A stretch of DNA of 64,000 nt from a virus. The notes beneath the pieces are model-generated. The model was given only the letters and a program-made list of their open reading frames with translations, was not told where the DNA came from and did no database searches. Every line of letters begins with the position of its first letter. Positions within the stretch are counted from its first letter, which is position 1. The position numbers and the translations under genes are program-made. The stretch spans positions 1 to 64,000 of IMG/VR virus record IMGVR_UViG_3300006925_000008, one strand, 5' to 3'. Shown one piece after another: positions 56,162 through 64,000 of this stretch.

Positions 56162-57490
56162 TTATTCTCCTCTCAAGGCCCTCCGTGCCAAGTCTTCAGC
56201 CGCAAGCCATCCATCGACACCATTGCCCATTGCGTTAAACTCGTCATGGGTTGGCACACGAACAGATGTTGTTGCAGGTTCAGCAACGACGGACTTCTGC
56301 AAGTCAGTGTTTTCTTGCTTCAATGAGGCAATCTCATTTCGCAGGGAGTTGATTTGTCCACCAAAGTCATTTTGCTTTTGGATGGCCAATGCATTTTCCG
56401 TTTCAGCATTGTAACGGTCTTTCCACTCTTTTTCAACAAGGGATTTGACTGCTTCTTCATCACGAATGGATGCGTAAGCGTGGTATCCTCGTTCAAGGGA
56501 TTGAGGTGAAAGGTTCAAGCCGCCTTTGATAACCTGCTTGTTACCTGAAGGTGCATTCATCTTCATCGAGCCAGTTTGCTTGATGACATTCTGATTGCCG
56601 CTTGCTGATGGCAAACTTGGGTAAGATGGTTCAGAAGCGGATTCTCCACTTCCTTCAGCATCTCCTTGACCACGGTGACTGTATCCGCCACTGCCTTCTT
56701 GGAGGTAAGCCTTCTCAAGACCGAAGTGGTTACGGAGGGAATCAAGGTTGACTCCACTCTCGTGAGCAAACTTCTCAAGCGTATCGATGTATGCAATTGC
56801 ACTACTATCGGCATGTTGATCAGTCTTAACAACTGGTTCATTTGCTGGTTCTTCGTCTTCAATGTGCTTTAACACACGGCTTAGGCTGTCTCGTATTTCG
56901 CTCAATGCTTCATTACTCATTTCTTGTTCACTTCCTGTATTGTCCATTTTAAGGATTGTATATCGGGCTTCCGGGTTGATGCCCTTTTTGCACAAGGTAA
57001 TCTCGTGCAATTCTAAATCGGTAATCTCCCTGTGTGTCCCATGTTCAGGGGTGGTTTTGGTTACACGGAATAACGCTTGACCACCGATAGAGAATGCTTT
57101 GAGGTCGCCACTGCGAACCTGCTTTTGGACTTCACGAGCCTTTTGGATGTCGTCACGGACACGGCATACGACAAAGAGTCCATGCTCGTCCACTTCTGAT
57201 TTCCAAACTCGTCCTTCCGAATCTGTATAATTGTCAACTACTTCACCGACTTGAATGCCGCTATGTGCTAGTTGAACATTTCTGAATGCCTTGTTACCCA
57301 TAAACTTCGTGAATGCCTTTGACAATGCAGATGCTGGGATTCGATCACCCTGCTTGTCAACCATGTCCACACTTGCATATCCCGCAATGTATAGGTCACT
57401 ACCTTCTGACGCTTTCAGAATAAAATCGCTTCCAACAGCCGAGAACCCTGCGGTTCTGACAGTAGGATTAGCCATTATACTGGTCGCCAT
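56162..57490 (-). CDS. HK97-type prohead protease fused to scaffold-like C-terminus
   Basis: IAGYASVDMVDKQGD, QLAHS (His), AFSIGG (Ser), LHEITLC..GINPEA. C-terminal coiled coil. Confidence 0.9.
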   Translation of the reverse strand: MATSIMANPTVRTAGFSAVGSDFILKASEGSDLYIAGYASVDMVDKQGDRIPASALSKAFTKFMGNKAFRNVQLAHSGIQVGEVVDNYTDSEGRVWKSEVDEHGLFVVCRVRDDIQKAREVQKQVRSGDLKAFSIGGQALFRVTKTTPEHGTHREITDLELHEITLCKKGINPEARYTILKMDNTGSEQEMSNEALSEIRDSLSRVLKHIEDEEPANEPVVKTDQHADSSAIAYIDTLEKFAHESGVNLDSLRNHFGLEKAYLQEGSGGYSHRGQGDAEGSGESASEPSYPSLPSASGNQNVIKQTGSMKMNAPSGNKQVIKGGLNLSPQSLERGYHAYASIRDEEAVKSLVEKEWKDRYNAETENALAIQKQNDFGGQINSLRNEIASLKQENTDLQKSVVAEPATTSVRVPTHDEFNAMGNGVDGWLAAEDLARRALRGE

Positions 57491-57504
57491 GAAATCCGAG
57501 AATC

Positions 57505-57523
57505 ATGTCTTTCTATATGAAGG
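57505..57523 (-). promoter_or_regulatory. Putative promoter CC-TTCATATA-GAAAGACAT for the protease-MCP operon
   Basis: TATA-like box 31 nt before ATG 57490 and no SD seen. Confidence 0.55.
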
Positions 57524-57572
57524 GTGTGCATTATCAGTTGATCTAATATATTGAATGTGTATGGGTCTAAAT

Positions 57573-57785
57573 ATGTCAGACGAGGAACATGAATGCAGTA
57601 TATGTGGTGGGGAGTTTAATGGTGAAAATGGACGACTGGCGTTCATTGGGGGTGTTTTAATCAAAATAGGACCGTGGTGCATATCTCCTATCATGGAGAT
57701 GTTCAAAGACCAAATTATTGGGGATTTCATAGAAGACCTCCCCGATGCACTTAGAATAGAGATTGAAAAACACTCAAGCGAGTAA
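57573..57785 (+). CDS. Small Zn-finger-like protein on the opposite strand
   Basis: MSDEEHECSICGGEF...IGPWCISPI. Fills the gap between the protease and the large head gene. Confidence 0.55.
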   Translation: MSDEEHECSICGGEFNGENGRLAFIGGVLIKIGPWCISPIMEMFKDQIIGDFIEDLPDALRIEIEKHSSE

Positions 57786-60700
57786 TTCATCTTCTTCAAG
57801 TTGGTCAGTGGCTTCAACCTTAGTCCTTACTTCTTCTTCAGTTGCCTGTGCTTGAGGAGTCCTCAATGGATAGGAGAGTTTGGCCCGACCCATTTCAATA
57901 TCAATACTAGCGGGTCCGTCTTTCTGTGGGTCCATACTAATTTGCAGGTGGTATGGCTGTTCCACCTCCTCCTCCGGTTCTTCATCATTCAAATTAGACA
58001 AAGCACCTATTGTTGTAGCATCATCGTCGGTCAACTCCGTTGGACCTCTTGGTGCGGTAATATCTGCTTGCATTCCTGACCATGCGCCGCCATCAGGCGA
58101 AGCACCATTCATACGAGGATATACGAAGTTTTCAATGATGTCATCATCAATTGCCTCATTTACGGTCCACTTATCTCCCTCCTCGGTTCTTTCAACACCG
58201 TATTCAGGGCCAAAAACCTCAATCATTTTAGGGGTCAACCCCTTGACAGCAGTGCATAACTCATCTGAAGTCATTGCTTCTTCAGCATCAGACAACGCCC
58301 TGCGTGCGTGAACCATCATGTGAGACTTTTCTTCACGATCACCGCTGTCATCAAGTAATTCAGGCGCACGGAGAATCAAATCGTCTTCTGTATTGACACG
58401 CTTACGAGGTTTCTTTCTTTTAGAAGGGGCTGAATGTATTGCGGAATGTGTCCCGCCTGTTGTTGACGACACCGTGCCAGCACCACCAGCACCAGCACCA
58501 GCACCAGCACCACCGCCGCCAGCCGCACCTTCTTTCAATAAGGCAATAGCAACTGGACCCCATAGTTTCAGTTGAGTCCTCGCATGTTTCACTAGCGTGG
58601 TGGTTCCCCTATACAGGTCGATGTCCATAGCATGTCTGCCATTGAATTGACCTTTAACGATAACTGGCTCTAATAACCCCGGATACTCCAAAATGATGTC
58701 CTGTCCTTTCACCATTACTTCAGGCAGTGGTCCATATGGGACTGTCTTAGCAATTTCTTCATCAGCAAAGTGAACCCATTTAGGGTGCATCTCTTTACCT
58801 TTGATAAAAGTCGAGGTGGCATCCCTAATCAACAAACCAGTGCCGCCCAATTCGTCCACTGCCTTTGCTAAACCATGCTCATCAGTAGTGATACATGAGT
58901 TTGGCATTGGGAAGTGAAGGTATTCATCTGAATGATAAAGTGTTCTTAGAGCGTTCAATCTGTCTTCTAAAGGCTCCATGTGAAGGTCTGTTCCTTTATG
59001 GACTAGGAGGTCAACCACATTCAGTTTGTCTCCTTTCACATATGCATCAACCGTAAAGTCACCTTTACGCTCTTTCAATGCTTTTTTGACCTTTGATGGC
59101 AAGTCGATTGGGTCAACTCTTTTACCCTCTTTCTTAACAAGCATTCTCTTACCTTCAGGCATTTTCTGAACAACCCACTCACCACTAAATCCTTTGATAG
59201 TGGATAGGTCATCTAAATCGTAAACCGTGTGGGCTGGCTTGATCATCGTTTCAAACACACCAGTCGGCTCATAGTCATCCGCTTTTCGCAATGAACCTGT
59301 TTGAAGAGGTGCATACCCGCTTTGGTCAACTGAAGAGATTGCATTGATGTCCTTTGTTTTAGGCGATAACTTTGACATTGGACCCATGAGAGCAGGGGAT
59401 ATTGCCCTCACTAAATCAGCATGAGCCGTTCTTTGGAGTATGTTGAAAGGGGCATCAGCAATGTTGTATGCGTATCCCTGTTGTTCCGGGTCATAACGCC
59501 ATGTTAAGGTGGCGGGCATGTCATGCCCCCAAGCGTCAGTATCGCCACTCACATAAGTTGGGGGAACGATAGCATGGGAATCAGGGGAGACTGGCCCCAC
59601 TGAACCCATAGTCGAAGACATTTCCGCATTCGGTGCTAGAGTTTTGTAGGACTCGCCCATTTGCATACGAAGTAATGAATGGTTTGCCGCCGCCGCTATT
59701 TGTTGAAGGTTGCCTCGACAAATAGTATGCATCATCTCATCATCAGAACCCATTGGATTCAAAACTTGAGGACCAAATTGAGCAATCACCTTTTGAGCAT
59801 GTTGTTGCATAACACGAGACATATGACTGTTTGAGGCCCTAAAGTGTTCGTTATGGTGACTCCAATAGTCATCAGTCGAAAACGGATGCTCCTCTCGCCC
59901 ATAGCCGGTTCTAGGTCCCCCCATGTCGGTTTGAGCGGCTAATGCACGCCCTAGACTGGACATCATCAAAGCGTCATCGGGGACATCAATACGACCACCG
60001 CTCAATTCTGAAGGGTGTTCATGTAACCTGTTTGATGCCGCTGAATACATTGCGAGCCTCTTTTGATAATCATTGTCAGGGTCGAAGGTTGAACCCAATG
60101 CGGCCCTGCCGGGGTGGTCCGGCTCCATTTGATTAACAGCACTAGGAAAATGAGTCCCACCTTGATTAAACGAGCCAGCCTCTTCTAAGTCATGGTTGAT
60201 CAGATGTTTATTCATCCAACCCCCATTGAATATATCAGGGTAAGACTGACTTAATATGCTATCCAATGAATCTATACTCCTGCCAACTCCCCCCCAATAC
60301 TGGTATGGTTCCCAATGATGGTAATTCATTGAAGGCTCGATACCTGACTCACTTGATACCCAAGGAGACATGTAATGCTGTAAGTCTCCCCCCGGATGTG
60401 GTTCTGTTGGCCCGTGTCTATCAGGGGACCTTTGCCACCAAGACGACATTGGCTTGAATCGTTCTCTCCAATTTCTCAATGCACGCCCCCAAGAGATGCC
60501 TGCCTTTTCTTGAAATTGATTCTCTATTCGTTTTGCATCAGGCGAACCCTCTTCGGTCATTGCCATTTGTCCCATAAGGTCCATGAAATTACTACGCTGT
60601 CCTTCAGTAATCCATTCTAAACCAAACAACTGTGGCAACATGCCAAACGAGGTGGACAACTCCTGTCGCTTATTGTCGTGATATTCCTCATCGCTAAGGA

Positions 60701-61259
60701 ATGAATTACGATTCCGATCACGAGTATAAAGGTCATGTTGGCTCTCAATAGGCAGGCCTAGATAATTGACAACTGACATCTCACTGGTTGGGACCTTTGC
60801 TTTAGCCTTTTCATTTTCAGCCATGATTGGCAGTTGCTCAATAGAACGCATGATGTGATGAACATATTCAGGGTCTCCATGTGCCGCACCATGCAATAGA
60901 GGGTGGCTATTTGATTTCATGCCAAAGGGATGGTGTTCACCAAATGGGTTATCCTCCTTCGCCTGTGGCCAGTCTTGAGTATAATCGGTTGTAACCTTTG
61001 CATGACCTGAAAGGTAATTCTTGAGGTTTTCAGGGATTACCATGCTAGTGGCCGAGACTGGGCTATTCAAATCACGCATCGAATATGCCGGTGTCGATTC
61101 AGCCACGGCTAATGTCGAAGCCAAAGCCTCATCTTCAGGCGTGGGCATACCCCCCTGCATTGCTTCGGTATAGGAGGGAATGTCAACATCCTTCAACAAA
61201 AGTATTGACAGGACGGTATCGGTTCTTTTGAGAATCAACTCTTCCTGTTCTTTAGACAT
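57774..61259 (-). CDS. Large head-module protein containing a degenerate ATP-dependent ligase domain
   Basis: EWVVQKMPEGKRMLVKK...FTVDA...VVDLL...PLEDRLNAL...GLLIRDATS.F..G...HPKWV resembles ligase motifs I-V. Confidence 0.7.
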   Translation of the reverse strand: MSKEQEELILKRTDTVLSILLLKDVDIPSYTEAMQGGMPTPEDEALASTLAVAESTPAYSMRDLNSPVSATSMVIPENLKNYLSGHAKVTTDYTQDWPQAKEDNPFGEHHPFGMKSNSHPLLHGAAHGDPEYVHHIMRSIEQLPIMAENEKAKAKVPTSEMSVVNYLGLPIESQHDLYTRDRNRNSFLSDEEYHDNKRQELSTSFGMLPQLFGLEWITEGQRSNFMDLMGQMAMTEEGSPDAKRIENQFQEKAGISWGRALRNWRERFKPMSSWWQRSPDRHGPTEPHPGGDLQHYMSPWVSSESGIEPSMNYHHWEPYQYWGGVGRSIDSLDSILSQSYPDIFNGGWMNKHLINHDLEEAGSFNQGGTHFPSAVNQMEPDHPGRAALGSTFDPDNDYQKRLAMYSAASNRLHEHPSELSGGRIDVPDDALMMSSLGRALAAQTDMGGPRTGYGREEHPFSTDDYWSHHNEHFRASNSHMSRVMQQHAQKVIAQFGPQVLNPMGSDDEMMHTICRGNLQQIAAAANHSLLRMQMGESYKTLAPNAEMSSTMGSVGPVSPDSHAIVPPTYVSGDTDAWGHDMPATLTWRYDPEQQGYAYNIADAPFNILQRTAHADLVRAISPALMGPMSKLSPKTKDINAISSVDQSGYAPLQTGSLRKADDYEPTGVFETMIKPAHTVYDLDDLSTIKGFSGEWVVQKMPEGKRMLVKKEGKRVDPIDLPSKVKKALKERKGDFTVDAYVKGDKLNVVDLLVHKGTDLHMEPLEDRLNALRTLYHSDEYLHFPMPNSCITTDEHGLAKAVDELGGTGLLIRDATSTFIKGKEMHPKWVHFADEEIAKTVPYGPLPEVMVKGQDIILEYPGLLEPVIVKGQFNGRHAMDIDLYRGTTTLVKHARTQLKLWGPVAIALLKEGAAGGGGAGAGAGAGGAGTVSSTTGGTHSAIHSAPSKRKKPRKRVNTEDDLILRAPELLDDSGDREEKSHMMVHARRALSDAEEAMTSDELCTAVKGLTPKMIEVFGPEYGVERTEEGDKWTVNEAIDDDIIENFVYPRMNGASPDGGAWSGMQADITAPRGPTELTDDDATTIGALSNLNDEEPEEEVEQPYHLQISMDPQKDGPASIDIEMGRAKLSYPLRTPQAQATEEEVRTKVEATDQLEEDELLA
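58478..58530 (-). repeat. (GCACCA)n coding repeat encoding a Gly/Ala linker
   Basis: Encodes GAAGGGGAGAGAGAGGAG. Confidence 0.8.
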
Positions 61260-61273
61260 TCAAAAACCCCCTT

Positions 61274-61729
61274 TCACAGGCGGTTCTCAATTTGTTTGAG
61301 CAATGCCTCTATTTCATTGATGACTTGAATATCTCCGGCATCAGCGTTTTTCTTGATCATTGTCAACTTAGACATTTTATCCTCAACAGAATCTCGATAC
61401 ATCCCTTTGGTGGTTCCGCCATCATTCATGTGCATGTGCAATGATGAGCCTTTTACATCGTATCCGGTTTGATATGATGCGGGCATTGAATATACCTCGC
61501 TAATTGGTTTTGATGCCGGTGCTGAATCTGAAAAATGTGGGTAAACTTGGTTGGTTGTATAACCCGCCGCCGCTTGAACGGGAACGCCACCAGCGTGGTC
61601 CATAAAAGTAGGAACAGCATTATCGCCGGTTGGGTCCTGCTGATATTTCAAAAGGTCTAACTCCATGGTTAGGATGTCTTTCAATAAACTGCCTTCGGGG
61701 GTATTGGAGGGGTCGTGCCATTCAATCAT
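61274..61729 (-). CDS. Hypothetical head-module protein
   Basis: ATG 61729 overlaps the upstream stop. GGTGA RBS. Confidence 0.6.
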   Translation of the reverse strand: MIEWHDPSNTPEGSLLKDILTMELDLLKYQQDPTGDNAVPTFMDHAGGVPVQAAAGYTTNQVYPHFSDSAPASKPISEVYSMPASYQTGYDVKGSSLHMHMNDGGTTKGMYRDSVEDKMSKLTMIKKNADAGDIQVINEIEALLKQIENRL

Positions 61730-62064
61730 TGTCGCATCACCGTCTGTTCTGCTTGCTTCCACTCTTCTAATTCATCGTGTCTCGATTGCTTTTGAAAAGT
61801 GTCCCCAGTCCCATTAAATGGTCCTGAAAAGGATTGAGAATTGTCAGATACATCCCTTTGTAGGGGGTCGTAGGCCTCATCAGCCATTGGAGTTATTACT
61901 TTCAACCACCCTGCTTTCTTCATCATGGTTTCAGGGTCATCGAGAGATTTGGTTAGCATGGTGTTCTGTGTTTCTAATGAGACCACACGCTGGCGCAATT
62001 CCTTGATTTCAGTGACCATCTCTTTCATCAGGTCGATCTTGGCTTGCTCCTGTTCGTCACTCAT
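61726..62064 (-). CDS. Coiled-coil head-module protein
   Basis: Heptad pattern LMKEMVTEIKELRQRVVSLE. Confidence 0.65.
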   Translation of the reverse strand: MSDEQEQAKIDLMKEMVTEIKELRQRVVSLETQNTMLTKSLDDPETMMKKAGWLKVITPMADEAYDPLQRDVSDNSQSFSGPFNGTGDTFQKQSRHDELEEWKQAEQTVMRQ

Positions 62065-62070
62065 TTCAAA

Positions 62071-62592
62071 TCACATCGCTTGAGAGGGGTTCATAGTTGC
62101 CGCATCTTGTGGTGGCATTGGTTGAGGCATATTCATTGGGTCTTGTTGCATTGATGCCGCCGCCATTGGGTCATTTACAGGTGGTCCGTGTTGACCTAGT
62201 GATGCGTGCATCTCCTTTATCATGGCTAAATCCTGCAATAGGCTCAATTGCTTTTGCCTCATTTTTTCAACATCACCCTGCATTGCTAAAGTGGGTTCAG
62301 GGGCAATGCCTGTTGCTCGACTTTGTGAAAGTAATTGTCCAACACTAGCAAACATGTCAGCGAGGCCTTGAATGCCCGAATCCATTTCATCAAGCATACT
62401 TCCTATTGCCGATTTAGGAGGTGCGGGTGGCATACCCATTCCCGGCATACCCGCTTCCATTCCCGGCATTTGACCGGCTGGTGAAGGCATTGGAGGCATC
62501 ATAGCCTGCTTGATGATCAAGCCGTTGTATGCTTCGCCTTCATGACGGAATCTAGGAGATACCGCTTTACTGTTGCCTTCATCCCAATACAT
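62071..62592 (-). CDS. Met/Pro/Gln-rich head-module protein
   Basis: Low-complexity termini flank a helical core. Confidence 0.6.
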   Translation of the reverse strand: MYWDEGNSKAVSPRFRHEGEAYNGLIIKQAMMPPMPSPAGQMPGMEAGMPGMGMPPAPPKSAIGSMLDEMDSGIQGLADMFASVGQLLSQSRATGIAPEPTLAMQGDVEKMRQKQLSLLQDLAMIKEMHASLGQHGPPVNDPMAAASMQQDPMNMPQPMPPQDAATMNPSQAM

Positions 62593-62602
62593 TCTAAACG
62601 CC

Positions 62603-62968
62603 TCAAAATACTCGGTGTGGTCGCATTATTGTTGTTGAGCGGCCTTTGCGTGAAACACCAGTCACTTGTTGGTCTTGGGTTCCATCGTAATCTGAATCTG
62701 TTGCTTTGAATTGGTATAGATTGCCAGCCGACTTTTGAAGTTGGCTAGAATCTGTTGCCGAGGTAAAGGATTTGGCGAGTCGGTCATGTAGGTCGAGGTC
62801 AGATTTCAATTGCGAAAGTGCGTTTTGAGCCGCCTCTAAATGCTTGGCAATATCATCACGATTGTTGTGCTGTATTGCTGTTTGCATTGCTTCTAGTTGC
62901 GCTTGCGCTCGACGGGCCATAGGGTCCATCTTCGTAATAATTCCAAAATCTCCAATCGTTTCGCTCAT
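62603..62968 (-). CDS. Helical head-module protein
   Basis: GGAGTGG RBS before ATG 62968. Confidence 0.6.
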   Translation of the reverse strand: MSETIGDFGIITKMDPMARRAQAQLEAMQTAIQHNNRDDIAKHLEAAQNALSQLKSDLDLHDRLAKSFTSATDSSQLQKSAGNLYQFKATDSDYDGTQDQQVTGVSRKGRSTTIMRPHRVF

Positions 62969-63001
62969 CTCGACCACTCCATCCCATGCATAGGTTGCGT
63001 A

Positions 63002-64000
63002 TTATCGTTGCCCCTTTGAACCGGCTCTCCGCTCGATTTGTTTGATTCTATCGTCAACCGCCCTCTCGCTCGATGACTTCATGTCTCTTTTGTCTCCCTT
63101 AGTGGATGACAAAGCCGCCTCACCGTCAACTCGTTTGATGTGGTCGGGGGATTGACCGCCGCCTGCTCTATCGCCCATTTGACTGTCGCCAATGGTTCTC
63201 AAAGAAGGGAGGTCATTCGCCGCATTTACCGCCGCTGATTCAGGGATTACCATTGAACCCCCTCTATTCGGTGTAAACTCGGTTCGCTTGAATAACATTT
63301 CAGGGGTAATCTCCAACTGTTCAACACTGGTCTGAACCGGACCTCCACCCTGCTGTCCACCCTGCTGTCCACCCTGCTGTTCAGCCGCCGCCGCTTGTTG
63401 AGCCGCCGCTACTTCTTGAGGGTCAGGTTGCTTGTAATCAAACTCTAGCATTTGGTTGTCCGTGCCGTCTCTTAGGTTAGCATCGAAACCTGCCTGCTTC
63501 ATTTGCATCATGTTTCTAATCGCCATTTCATCTCGGCGTAGCGTCATGATTTCATCCTCTTCTTCGTGTGGACTCAAAGTCAAGGTCCACTCGCTGATCG
63601 TAAATGCCTCCATCAATGCGGGGAATAGAACCGTATTGTAAATGGATTGCGAATAAGCAACTGACCTGTTACTGACCACGATTTGCATACCTTCATTGTT
63701 TAAGCCTCCACCTGAAACATCGTTCATGAATACATTTGAAACACCAAAGAATGCGGCTATTCGCTGACGGATGTCATCCTTGATTGGGATATACTGCAAC
63801 TCTTCTAAAGTGTCCATCATACGGACATATTCAAGACCGCCTCTTCCTGATTCGGTTTCAACACCAACAGTCGGAATGTAATTTGGGTCTCTTTCAAGAT
63901 GCTCTTGGATATTGCGTGCTGTTCTCTCAACTGTTTCAAGGTTCGATGATTTGATGACCATCACACCACGAGGCATCCTTCGCTTCTGATATGCGGAATA
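63002..64000 (-). CDS. Portal protein, C-terminal part (5'-truncated)
   Basis: Frame is open to the window end. RMPRGV...RQRIAAFFGVSNVFM...GGLNNEG portal motifs. Confidence 0.85.
   Translation of the reverse strand, partial: YSAYQKRRMPRGVMVIKSSNLETVERTARNIQEHLERDPNYIPTVGVETESGRGGLEYVRMMDTLEELQYIPIKDDIRQRIAAFFGVSNVFMNDVSGGGLNNEGMQIVVSNRSVAYSQSIYNTVLFPALMEAFTISEWTLTLSPHEEEDEIMTLRRDEMAIRNMMQMKQAGFDANLRDGTDNQMLEFDYKQPDPQEVAAAQQAAAAEQQGGQQGGQQGGGPVQTSVEQLEITPEMLFKRTEFTPNRGGSMVIPESAAVNAANDLPSLRTIGDSQMGDRAGGGQSPDHIKRVDGEAALSSTKGDKRDMKSSSERAVDDRIKQIERRAGSKGQR
63345..63380 (-). repeat. Three 12-bp tandem repeats (QQGG)3 in the portal tail
   Basis: tccaccctgctg x3. Confidence 0.8.

Larger units (their letters stand above)
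1..64000. mobile_element. Archaeal tailed virus genome fragment (magrovirus-like Caudoviricetes)
   Basis: Portal, prohead protease, MCP and tail genes occur with archaeal-type thermosome, PriS/PriL, MCM, ERCC4 and TFB-like genes. Genes are densely packed with ATGA overlaps and GGAGG/GGTGA RBS. No host housekeeping operons seen. Confidence 0.92.

Noticed and set aside
100-63641. Numerous 60-190-aa antisense or nested ORFs in the track (e.g. 3082..3654, 7890..8402, 57880..58311)
   Set aside because: They are contained within or opposite well-supported genes and lack RBS or motifs, so they are treated as shadow ORFs.

Overview
This 64-kb window is part of a tailed archaeal virus genome (HK97-fold head, probably siphovirus-like). 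The gene content best matches magroviruses of Marine Group II/Poseidoniales; the host assignment is inference. Two convergent arms meet at about 23.2 kb. The + arm (1-23229) holds early and replication genes: DenV-like glycosylase, thermosome, many Zn-finger microproteins, PC4-like, single-repeat TFB-like, degenerate DNA ligase, SSB/RPA-like, Sak4/RadA-like ATPase, Cas4-like nuclease, fused PriS-PriL primase, ERCC4 nuclease, MCM-like helicase and a DnaQ-like protein. The - arm (23162-64000) holds morphogenesis genes: portal (truncated), head proteins, a large ligase-fold protein, prohead protease, MCP, adaptor, tail terminator, tail tube, tail chaperones, tape measure, large tail-tip proteins and a C5 methyltransferase-like gene. 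Most notable observations: (1) a reusable A-[LVG]-[DE]-x-[AG]-[WL]-x-hydrophobic-hydrophobic-K peptide on unrelated late proteins, a candidate capsid-targeting and protease-cleavage tag for virion cargo; (2) a ~76-nt structured RNA that starts exactly at the predicted start site of a repeated promoter; (3) two ligase folds that both lack the adenylation lysine; (4) a -1 frameshift site in the tail chaperone; (5) a Zn-ribbon gene with no canonical start codon; (6) apparent restriction-site avoidance. All functional calls come from motif recognition by eye; no database searches were run.
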